Positions 1 to 10,460 of a DNA stretch of 64,000 nt are shown here, piece after piece. The stretch comes from Cystobasidiomycetes sp. EMM_F5 (Eukaryota). A program made the position numbers and the translations under genes. The notes below the pieces were generated by a model. That model was not told the DNA's origin. It was given only the letters and a program-made list of their open reading frames with translations, and did no database searches. Within the stretch, counting starts at the first letter, position 1. Each line of letters starts with the position of its first letter. Location of the stretch: the NCBI GenBank assembly GCA_051047955.1, contig JBPGPT010000019.1:1-64000 (forward strand), written 5' to 3'.

Positions 1-39
1 CCCTATAATATGAGACGCTGTCACCGGTCCTCGTAGACC

Positions 40-1977
40 TCACGCTACCCCGAATTGTCTCTCCTCCGCTACACGCTTCGTAATGTTCCAAGTAACCATA
101 TGGGTCGAATACACTTGACGCCGCTATGTGGGATGCCGTCGTCGGATGAAAGACTGTTGACGGCGTATGCGTCGTGCTGATGACTGACACATGATGTCGA
201 TCGTGATCGTAAATAAATGCTTCTGCACTATCTCTGGTCGCGCTCGGATGATACGAGGGATTCGCAGAATCCATTCCAATTGTCTCTGTGACAGGCAGAG
301 GGGCGGACAAAGCTGTATAATATAGCCGGCTTGCATTATGCACGGATTCTTCGGGCTGTAGCGCTATAAGGCGATAGAATAGTGTCAGTAGGACGTCGAT
401 TTTGACCAGCCAACATGCCCTTACTGGCATTGGCGAAGCAAGATGCTGGTCTTTTGCCATCAAAACCTGAGAATTGCTGTGAAGTATGTCCAGACATATC
501 CCTTAGCTGATCCTCTTTATTCCAGACGCTTGCTGTGGTACAGCTATCCATGCTATGCGGTCGCGCTGATTGCATCCGACGCTTGCGGCGTAGACGCCAG
601 ATGAGTGCACTCAACAGCAACATGCCCGAAACTAGTGCTATAACTGCAAGAATGACAGCTGTGTGTGCGGAAGGATGTGCTGCAAAGGTGTCTCCAGCTG
701 CTTGTGCCTGAGTGTCGAGACCTGCGCTCGTAGCGGGATCACTTGGAATAGCAGAATCCATCGTGACTTGCGAGATCGTCGTAGCTTGTACGGTCATAAG
801 CGAGCCAGAGGCAATTTGTAACGGCATCGAGCTCGACGGAACTGACGCCGCTTCAATGATGTCCGTACTCGGAGATCTAGAACAGCTGTCGTGTACACAT
901 ACAGAAGGCGAAATACTTGTGTCGTTGAATTGACCAGATGCTGTTGTCGACCGCACTTCAGTCGAGTGCTGGAGACTAGTTTGCGAGGCTGTCATGCTGG
1001 TTATATGCGTAGTCGACAATCGAGAGTTGACCGGTGCTGAAGGTTCAACGCGGGTATCCTGTACTGAGGATGGCGTAGCTATCATGATTGAGGAGACAGT
1101 GGACGTTACAATAGAAGCAATACTCGACGAGGCAGAGCTCAATTCCGTCGGCTCCCTAGAAATTGTTGTAGGCGGGACCAATTTGGGCGACGTTGACAAA
1201 GAGACCATTTGATCAGAGGCCGAAGCTGGTGCTAAGACTGGGGTGTACCTGTAACATTGAGTGAGTTCATCTATGACTACTGTTTGGGTCAAGTAATACA
1301 ATACACACAGCAGGTCCCTGCACAGTATCACACTTCAACTGACGGCGCCAAGCTGGTTTCAGATAGAGTACTCACCACACCACCATCTGTTTGTCTTCTG
1401 GCGAAGTCTTCAATATTTTAAGTACGTGCTGGACAGGTGCCAGACCATCTTGACTCCAAACTACGACATCTTGACCGCTCACAGTTCGGTCCGGCCAGGT
1501 GCAATCGACCTTGAATTCACGGCCGTCTAGAATAGCAGTCTCTACTCCATGTGTCGCACTCCGAGTAGATCTAAAGGCTATCGACGTGCCCTATGTGATT
1601 TTCGTAAATCCTAGAGTGAAGCTGAGCGAAGAGTGAAACCCACGGTGAAGGTTATAGTTGCAAAAGCGTGAGAATCGTGGGTACCATGCCAATTTTCCCT
1701 GGTTGACGTTGCTTTACACAACCCTCAGTTCAATAGGTACGACGAGGTAGTCCTGCCACGAAACTCACTCCAATCACCACTGTAGACAATTTGCGGACTA
1801 TTCGTATCGATGGTAATGCTGTTCACTGCTCTAGGATTAATTATACCCGCGCAACACAAGCGCTGCCAAATTACAATGCTTGAGAAAGAGCGGATCAGTA
1901 GCGCATGACTTAACAGTGTGGATATAGCCGACTTACATAAGGCAGGCGAACTGAGCGCCTTTTCGACCGCGCGCCAT
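40..1977 (-). CDS. Single-pass Ser/Thr-rich cell-surface membrane protein (Mid2/WSC-sensor-like architecture), multi-exon
   Basis: ATG at 1977 (MARGRKGAQFACLI) followed by a GTAAGT intron, then ITIDTNSPQIVYSGDW, a motif typical of basidiomycete single-pass proteins. ORF 336..1331 holds a long S/T stalk, the TM segment AVILAVIALVSGMLLLSALIW and a basic stop-transfer RLRRKRR. A probable last exon ends at TGA 42-40. Internal exon boundaries are approximate. Confidence 0.65.
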
Positions 1978-2365
1978 CACAGCTAGACAGATGCCTCAGG
2001 CATGCATAGGTACAGTTGGTATGATGACAAACGTCTGCGATGCTGGGTGCTGCACAAATGGTCAGCTGGCTGACAGCCGATTTGCGATTTTGGTCACACT
2101 AGCAAAGGTAGCAATTTCGGGCGAATGCCGGATGATATGGGGACTTTCGCAACGTGGCTTGGCCAGCTGACAGGTGTGATGCCCGTGTCTTTGTCTTGCT
2201 CTCTGCTCTTTCATGCTAATTCAGATACTGATTAGTCCATTCGAGTTAAATAAGCCAGCTAAGCTCGCATCACGGGAGAATAGTACAGGATAGTTAGGCG
2301 AATACACTAGGGAGTACTGTGAGCATAATACGACAGGGAATATCATTGTTCGCTCTAGAGAACAT

Positions 2366-3086
2366 TCATGCAGAAGGGTCAGACAAGCCCTCGAGCGCGA
2401 CCAGATACTTTGTCATGTCGATCCACTCGTCGGGTCTGATGCTTATTGCGCAAGAGACCAGAGCGCTGTTGACGTATGGGTTTGACCATCGCTCGTGACC
2501 ATCTGAGCACTTGGACGAAGTAGAAACGGCTCCCTTGATAGTGCTGCACTCCAAAGCCCAATCGAGGCAGAAATCACCAAGCTTGGTGGCAGTGTTGAAC
2601 GCAACCAGCTGACGATCATCGTCGCGCTTATCGAAAAGTACCAAGGACTCAGAGGCCTGATCGACGTGCCGTCGTGACCAGCCAAGCGACTCGACGACAT
2701 CGCCGGCGATATCGTTGCCATTCGCCAAGCATTCAACCGTAAGCGTATTCTGTCAACATTTCGTTTCAGCCACAGGTCTCAGTCTAGCGGTACAATACCA
2801 CCTACGGCATCGTGTGCGCTCTGTGTGCATAATTGCTCCTGTGCGATGCCAGACATTCTGTAACAGGAAGGTTGTTGAGTAGGTGGCAAGCTGGTAGCTC
2901 CGAGGTTGCAACTCACTCTGAGCATCGACGATCCCATGTTATACAGGCTTGTTCAGCATGCAGACACGTCGGCAGATTGATGTCTGTCGAGGCAGCTGCA
3001 CTCCGCTTCATTGCAATTGGACCAGCCAAGGCAGTGGCGACCAGGCCTGCACCAACAATGGAAGCGAAGAAAGTGTTGCGAACCAT
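2366..3086 (-). CDS. Secreted two-domain Cys-containing pre-pro-protein (gene D; diverged paralog of the 50.7-55.4 kb cluster)
   Basis: Exons 3086-2917, 2857-2806, 2749-2366 with GTGAGT..CAG and GTAGGT..CAG introns. Translation: MVRNTFFASIVGAGLVATALAGPIAMKR-SAAASTDINLPTCLHAEQACITWDRRCSEMSGIAQEQLCTQSAHDANTLTVECLANGNDIAGDVVESLGWSRR...LFDKR-DDDRQLVAFNTATKLGDFCLDWALECSTIKG...CSDG...NSALVSCAIS... Signal peptide and two KR sites. Confidence 0.85.
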
Positions 3087-3993
3087 CGTATCAACAGCAG
3101 AGGTGAGTGAAGTGGATGTGTAAAGAAATGGATCGATGGAGTGTTGTGATGTAGCGCTGATGATGAAGGAGAAGAACGAGATTTCGCAAATCGCGCCTCT
3201 ATTTGAACACTTTGCGGAGACGCGTTGGTCTCCATGCTGTGCTGTTTACCTCTTGGCGTTTCCGTACACTGTAGTCCGGAAGCAGACCACAAATAGAACA
3301 GCTATCGGTTTCAGCGTTACAACACCGCAAGGCCTGCCTAATTGGGTCTTGCTGGAAAGTCCAGCGATGCGATATACAAACAATGCTTAGGTATATGGAG
3401 TCAGCGTGAGATTATCAATCTATGGCGGTGCTTTCAGTTGCTACATCCGGCTTCTGTCAGTCTGTGGACAAACGGGGAACGAGGAGGTCTGTTGTTGCTG
3501 GAGGCTGTGTGGCCACGAGCGCAAAGGGCGGAATCTTGAGTATATGGAGCTCCATGCTGATTCACGTTGCTGAAAGTACTTCCGCTGTGGTTGGACGATC
3601 AAGCAATCGCCGTGCTTTGCTATTTGCTCGGCTACTGGGCATGCTGCCATGCCATTACTCTCAAGGGTCAATGAGCGGCCCTGTACGAGATGGGGTATTG
3701 CTCAGACCTGCTAATACTTTCGTGCGCCTTGTCTGGGATATGGAGACTGAACACCTTGCCCTTCTCGTCGTTTACATGTATTGGTCTTGAAAGCGTCCAT
3801 TAAGGAAGCGGGCGGCGAGGTCGATATGCACGGCGTATTAGACGAAGCTGCCATTAACGTCAACATAAAAAACAGCTCTTCATTTGCAGCTCATATTGGC
3901 ATTATTTGCCAAGTTGGCTGAAAGCTGACCTGCCCATCGACAACGCGACTGCTCTTTGACTCTGCCCAATATTGACCTGGTAAATTACTGCCA

Positions 3994-5494
3994 ATGGCCT
4001 CAGTAGCTGCTCACGCTATGCCAGCTAGAACGAGAGAAGTAGCTGCAATCAGCGAGGCCAACCCCAGCCAGGCCAGACATGGTAGCACCAAAACAGCAAA
4101 ACAATCCGATAACCCGGGCATTCCAGCCACGGTAAAGGCGCAGTACATGGACAACTACGACCTAGAGAGTGAGTGTGGAGGGCTGCGAGGCGATATATGC
4201 TGACGGTGTTGTTTTGTTGCGCGTTCTCAGCTAGCGAACGAACGCGGATGCTCGAACAGAGTCTGGCAAACGCGCTCGCACAGCTCAAGCGCACTCTGCA
4301 AGCGAGATGTGACAGCGTAGCGCAGCCCTGGGCCCGCATTCTCACGGCCGGCGAGTATGTGACAAAGTTTGGGGCAGATCCCCAGCGGGCTGCTCAGGCT
4401 GTCGCCGCAAGAGAGAGCCAGTCTGCTAGAGTCGCAGTATTGGATCACGTAGAGGAGCTCATGACGGCAAAGAAGAGGTGGGAAGGGTCCCATTGACCGT
4501 GCGTGAAGCGCTCGTCAATGTTACTGACGTGCCACTAAATCAAAATAGGAAACGCGTACCGACCGATGGCACGGCAGTCTCGCAAGAGACGGAAGCTTCA
4601 CCCACAAAGCCAGCCAAGTTTCAGCGAACACTTCAACTGGGTCGGACGCCGTCTCGCCAGCCTCAATCTTCGACACTTCCAAACGCAACAGCATCGCGGC
4701 CAGGACCACCTGGAAGTACAAACGCGGGCCGTGTTCCCTCCGGACGCCACACTGCATCCTCTAAGCGAATCTCCACTGTCACAGCCTCTGCCTCGAATTT
4801 CGTGTACCGCGCCCGGCCGTCGATACAATTCAATGCGCGACTTCCTCAGACACCTCAAGTCAAATCAAACTCGGTCTTTGGCAACCAAAACACCGTCAAG
4901 AAGGTGTCAACTACCACTGCTCGGAGAGTACCGAGGCGCAACGAGAGCATTCAAGCCTACTCTATGAATGGTAGTCCGCTTGGTATTCTGGATTTGGCTG
5001 TCGAATCGGACGACGGGACCAGTAACGGAGAAGCAGCTACTACACCCGCCTTGGATGTTCCACCCGAAGAAGCGGACGAAGAATGGGATATGCTACACAG
5101 CTACGTGCATCACGACACCGGCAGTGTTCCCGCAAGGCATGAATCTCCCAACAAGCGTCTCCTCAGAAAAGGTTCGGCTTCGAGCATATCTTCTGCCGCG
5201 TCGAAGCATTCTGCCACTTCCGCAGGAGGTGCAGTGTCAACAACTTCGGCTTTCAAGACAGCCATCCTCGCGGGTGCGTCACGCGTGTCAGGAGCAGTGT
5301 CATCGCGGTCTACGTCCTCTCAAGCACCATCTCAGGACCAATTCACCTTTGCTCCAGCGGGCCTCCCGCAGCACGATCACGAGGCATGGCTAAGTGGGCT
5401 CAGAAAAGACATGGAAACCATGACCATGAGTGAGAATGACAAGCGAATGCTAGAGCGTCGTATGATGGAGGTGCTTCGCGGGGCAGGAAAGTAA
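3994..5494 (+). CDS. Borealin/Nbl1-like chromosomal passenger complex subunit
   Basis: Introns 4169-4230 and about 4478-4548. The N-terminal helix YMDNYDLETSERTRMLEQSLANALAQLKRTLQARCDSV...LTAGEY resembles the Nbl1/Borealin N-terminal domain. RRVPRRNESIQAYSMNGSPL matches the Borealin S-x-NGSPL motif. Confidence 0.7.
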
Positions 5495-5622
5495 TTGCGG
5501 TATAGTGCAGCAGAAGCGCGCTGTTGGTTCGACAACAACAATACATTTCGGAGACTGCCTATGCTGCTGAAAGTGACTTCTTGGGATGATGCTTGTTGTA
5601 CTGCACCGCATTGCAAAAACGA

Positions 5623-8600
5623 TTAGGTCAGCAGCTCCAGCCTCGCCGCCCGTACCGTAGTACTAGAAGGATTGCGGAAGAGCACCAAGAGCGGGGCATC
5701 AGCCGATTTTAGGCTGCAAAGGTCATTGACAAGCACGATCAGCGGTCTCTTCGTTATCGTTGGTCCGTCCATAAAGCTCACTTGAGCTGCTGTTCAGCAA
5801 CGAGTATCGCGACAAGACTAGACAGGGAAATGCATCCTATCCCCATGCCTTGGCCTCTGGCTAAAGACTGATGGCCGGTAGTAAGGTATCCAATCATACT
5901 GGAATTCGGTGGCACTGGTATATGCTGCAGAGGAAATGTCCTTAGTGGCGCCGGCCTTCTGATCTGCGACTGTACTCACGTGTATAGCGTCTTCGGACCC
6001 ATCGTCACCGTCCTCGTCTTCATCTTTGTCAAAGTCGTCATCGGGATCGACGTCGTTGTTCTGCGTTTCCGTATCCAAATGTCCTTCTCCATCATCCATT
6101 AGCATACTGGCAGTCGTTCTGCGGGCACCTTTCGCATTCATAGGCACGGTCACGGTAGCAGCATTCTTGGCAGACACAGAAGACTGTCCATTCTCGATCC
6201 TCCTCTCCACATGACCCTGAGATGTGCTTCGTATTGAATGTCGCACTCTCTCTGCTTGCTCCGCCTCCATTGAGTAAATCATGGCGTTGTCTTTGGGGCT
6301 GCCCCTGCCAAGTGGATGCATTGCGACGCGGACTAATGGAAAGGAGGCGTCCCAATTGCCATTGAAGGGGGCCGCTACAAGCTCGCGCTTTTCCCGCGCA
6401 TGCTGTACAACCTGACGAACGCTGCTTCGCAGGAGCTGCGGTTGCGCTTCTCGGGCTGAATTACGTTTGATCTGCTGGAGTACTGTGTCCAAGACCTTCT
6501 TTATCATTGAACCCGGTAAACACCACAAGATAAGTGGGCGTTCGATACCGGCGTCTAGCATAATACCGGAATATCAGTCATCGTTACCAGACCAGTTCGC
6601 GCACGCACCAGCTGTTTGCTCCGCAATTTGCAGGAAGTCAGGCTTCCAAGGGCTCAGAGTTTGCAATTTCTGATAGTTTACTCTTTTGGCCGGTGGAGTG
6701 CGTTCCCATTTTTCCTGGCGTACTTTGGCTTTTGCATCAACTTCGCGTTGAGCGGCTGGATTCGGCAGCCAATCGCAAGGGAAAGACAGAGCTGCTGCTT
6801 CGAAGTACTGCTGAGCTCGCTCCTGGAGCCCTCCTACGCGAGTATCGGCATACACCAATGAATGCCAGAATGCAGCACCCCAGCCTGCCGGTACAATCAG
6901 AGTCCAGCCGTAGATGGAGGATTTTTCGCGGGACACTGTTGGACTACCACCAGCTGAAATGACAGTCTCACAGCCCAGAGTCCTCTGAACAAGCATGATA
7001 GGAATGCGATCATCTTTCGTCTGAGCTGGCAGATTGCTACCTGGGATAAGGAGCTGCACATAACAAGACCCAGATGAGCGTAGTTCCAATACTCGTCACA
7101 AGCTAAGTACCTGTGCGCGGCGTTCATCGAGCTGAAACTTGCTATATCTGGGCGCCACCAAGCTCTTTCGGATTGTGGATGACCAGAAGCGGTCGTTGAT
7201 GGCCAAGGGTACACTGGGCCAAAGTGTGGAAGGCTTGCCCAAACTCTGTTGAAGAGCGGACAGCTTGGGTGGAAAACTATGTGAAGCAAACTTCAGCATC
7301 ACATTTTACGCCCTTATAGGGTAGATGCATACGTCAAGCGAGGATCGTAGACATCGAATGACAAGACGGTCCCTTCTGGGACAGACGATGGACACGGAAT
7401 GTCGTCCCAAGAAAATTTGACCATCGCTGCTAGCGGTCGCGGGCCAAAAGAAGTTGAGCCTTGCTTGCCGAATTTTCCGCCTAGGGTCGGTCTGAAACAT
7501 GCTTTGATCGTATCGGTTGCCATGGGCCCAGTCAGCTCGAAAGTACAGAAGTTGCGAAAGTACATTTTTGGAGGAACGACCGGCGTTGAGGGCGGGCTGG
7601 GCGACACATAGTCGAGGGAGCGTACTTGAAGTGATGCCGTCACGGCCGTAGTTACCGCTCTGAGGATGCTAGGATGAAAGCGTATGACAACAATACGTGG
7701 CATCAGCGGAATATCGTCGACTTCCACAGCATTCCAAATAATTGAAGCCGGGCCAATCTGTTCGTATGGGAATTGTTCGCATCCATACAAGATTGTCCGG
7801 CATTCTCGCACTCCTGACGTGAAGCGCTTCGAAGACGCTGGAACAGCTGTCGCATCGCAAATTCTGGCGAGGACATGAGTCAGGGCGCCAACCGTGCCCC
7901 GTAGCTCGATAGTCTGATAGTACGAAGCATCGTGTACGATAACTCCATGCATTGCCGCACGGTAAGATGGTCGAAAAGACTTGGCTGTCGGTGTCTCCGC
8001 CTGTGACGAATCCGCTCAGCTTGAGCATCAGACCGTCAACGACATCACATACAAGCCTGTAGCCCCATGTATCGACCATCTTCATCCGCTTTGCGTGCCA
8101 AATGTGCGTTTCTAACCAAGCCTTGTTTCCTGCCGTGCAATGCATTAGACGCGTGCTTGACCAACAAGGCGCTGTACAAGTACTTTGGCGATGGTGGAGT
8201 ATTTGCATTCGTCCGAACTTGAGGAGCTTACGCCTCTTGGCTATTGGTAGCTGACGAAACTTGCGCTTCTTTAGACTCCTTGTCTGTTCATGCATGACTT
8301 CAAACTTTGCTTTTGCACGCAAACGCTTTGGCAGACGTCTGATGTTGTGCGATGCTGCTCGTCGTCGTAGATGTCTCGGCAATGATTGAAAAGCTCGTTT
8401 GGCTCCAGAGTCTCTATGGACGTCAGCGTTAGCGTTGATATTCGCAGGATTTGCTAGACGAGTCCACCTTGACGTCTTGATGGCAGTCTCCATTGCCGTA
8501 ATTTCAGCTCTCCGGGTCTAGCAAGCAGTCATTCAACACATCAGAATATCAGCACTTCAGCACCAGGCCAAACGCAGCGCCGTACATTCGCAAAGCGTTC

Positions 8601-8787
8601 CACATCTATCCCGGCTGGTACACCCGACATCGTCGCTGCAAACAGTCAGCCAATACCAGGAATGTTGCGTCAGAATCAGCACCCCCATCAGCCGCTACGG
8701 TCACTGCTAACCTGGAGCATCAGCATTTGGACCAAACCGCGCTCGTTTCGGCGGCGGCCTCAATGATCCAGCATCATCAGCGACCAT
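5623..8787 (-). CDS. POP1: RNase P/MRP subunit Pop1, multi-exon
   Basis: Motifs AKRAFQSLPRHLRRRAASHNIRRLP, WLETHIWHAKRM, HDASYY, GWTLIVPAGWGAAFWHSLVY, FPCDW, WERTPPAKRVNY and C-terminal LVLFRNPSSTTVRAARLELL*. The gaps between ORFs are bounded by GT..AG introns. Confidence 0.93.
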
Positions 8788-8899
8788 AGCTCCAGCTTGC
8801 GCCAGTCTTTGCAGTGAACCCGCAAAACGCAAGTCAGTCTGATAGCTTGAAGCCATTCAAGACCATTGATCGGGCAGCTGCTGGCTCAAACGCGATATC

Positions 8900-10384
8900 A
8901 TGGTCGACGACGATGTCAAGGATGCGCGTCCAACTGGAGGGCTGTCCCGCTCTGATCCTGGCTTGCTGGGCTTCGTGCTGGCCTCTCTGGACAGCCAAGT
9001 GCACGGCCGACGCGACTTTGAGATAAACAGGCTGCAATCCCAGCCAAAGCGGGCATACGCACTGTTTCCCTGGGCTTCTGATCCTTCCGTCAAGGTGTAC
9101 CAGGAGCATGTCCTGCTTCTGCTCGCCGAGCGGCCCATCGAGGCCAACTCTTCCGATTCACCAGCAGACGCGAATAGCCCGAACAAACATGTACCGATTT
9201 GCGGTATCGAATTGGCAATATACACGGTTCCAGCAACATCTACAGCACTCATCTATATCGCAAAGGTCGACACTACCGGATTGTGCTCCGCCCCCGCACC
9301 AGCTCGGATCTTGACGACAGCTCTTTTGCGATACTACATGCTGTATCCTCCGCACTCCGTAAACAGTCTGCGAATACACATCTTCGCACGGGCTCAAGAT
9401 CAATACCTCTTTCCCGGCAGTATCGACAACAAGAAGAAACGCGTCTTGGACGACAAAGGTTTGTGCAAATGGTGGAGACAAACAGTAGGCAATGCGGTAG
9501 CTCAAGCCAAGCTTCAAGACGAAGACAAAAACGAAGCGAGCGTACAGTTGTACTACCTGCTAGCGGGCTACGACTATGCAGAGAGCCTGCTTCTGCTGTC
9601 TGCAGCACCTCCCGATGAACCGGCATGGACTTACGGGCACCCTTATAGAACGACACCATCTCCGCTGACGAGTGGCGTTAAAGAACGTCTAGCAATTTCA
9701 GATCTAATACCGGCTTTCCAAGACGACCCAAAATCCCGCTACCTAACGTCGCTTACTTCCTCACCAGTCCCTGCAGCGGGTGAAGAAGGCGATTACGACG
9801 AAGTCGCAGAGCAGCTGAACCGTGTCAGCACACTCAGTCCAACACTTCAGGCACTACGCAACAGCGAGATGGCAAAGCAGCTGGCCATAGAGCGTTCCAG
9901 ATTAGCGGAGAGGGATATCGATGAGTTTTGGGAATGTATGGGAGGCCGACAGGAATGCTGTTCAGGACACGTCGCTGGCTTCTTTGTGGCAGTGTGCGAT
10001 AGGAAAACCGAAGCGTCAGCTGGGAAAGACGCTGTGGATGGACTACATGACAGCCAGAAGAAACATGCGCACAGTCCTCAGGCAGTCAGAGGAGCGTTAG
10101 TGCATGGCGACTACATCAGACTATGGTCCGCAATACACAATGTTGACTATTCGTCGCTAGACAAAGCGGGTCGAGCCTACACACAATGGACGGCAGACGT
10201 AATTTCAGCTGCATCCAGAAATCAAGATACTGCTAAAGATCTGACTTCGCATGTCAAGCGCTGCTTATCAGTCAATAACGCCATGCCTGAAGCAAAGATA
10301 GCATCGACAAAGCGCATGGACCCGCCAAAAGCAGTCACCACACTGCAACCCAGGAAGAAGAAGAAATTGGATGCCGCCGCATGA
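8900..10384 (+). CDS. RTT109: Histone H3K56 acetyltransferase Rtt109 (KAT11)
   Basis: Intronless 494-aa ORF with IYIAKVDTTG, HIFARAQDQYLFPGS, KRVLDDKGLCKWW, IPAFQDDPKSRYL, FWECMGGRQEC and a C-terminal TLQPRKKKK. Confidence 0.93.
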   Translation: MVDDDVKDARPTGGLSRSDPGLLGFVLASLDSQVHGRRDFEINRLQSQPKRAYALFPWASDPSVKVYQEHVLLLLAERPIEANSSDSPADANSPNKHVPICGIELAIYTVPATSTALIYIAKVDTTGLCSAPAPARILTTALLRYYMLYPPHSVNSLRIHIFARAQDQYLFPGSIDNKKKRVLDDKGLCKWWRQTVGNAVAQAKLQDEDKNEASVQLYYLLAGYDYAESLLLLSAAPPDEPAWTYGHPYRTTPSPLTSGVKERLAISDLIPAFQDDPKSRYLTSLTSSPVPAAGEEGDYDEVAEQLNRVSTLSPTLQALRNSEMAKQLAIERSRLAERDIDEFWECMGGRQECCSGHVAGFFVAVCDRKTEASAGKDAVDGLHDSQKKHAHSPQAVRGALVHGDYIRLWSAIHNVDYSSLDKAGRAYTQWTADVISAASRNQDTAKDLTSHVKRCLSVNNAMPEAKIASTKRMDPPKAVTTLQPRKKKKLDAAA

Positions 10385-10460
10385 AGGCGTTTGAATGGAT
10401 GTTTAGGTTATGTTGTGACATTGTGCCTCAAGTAATGTACAATGTGGATGGTATGCGATA

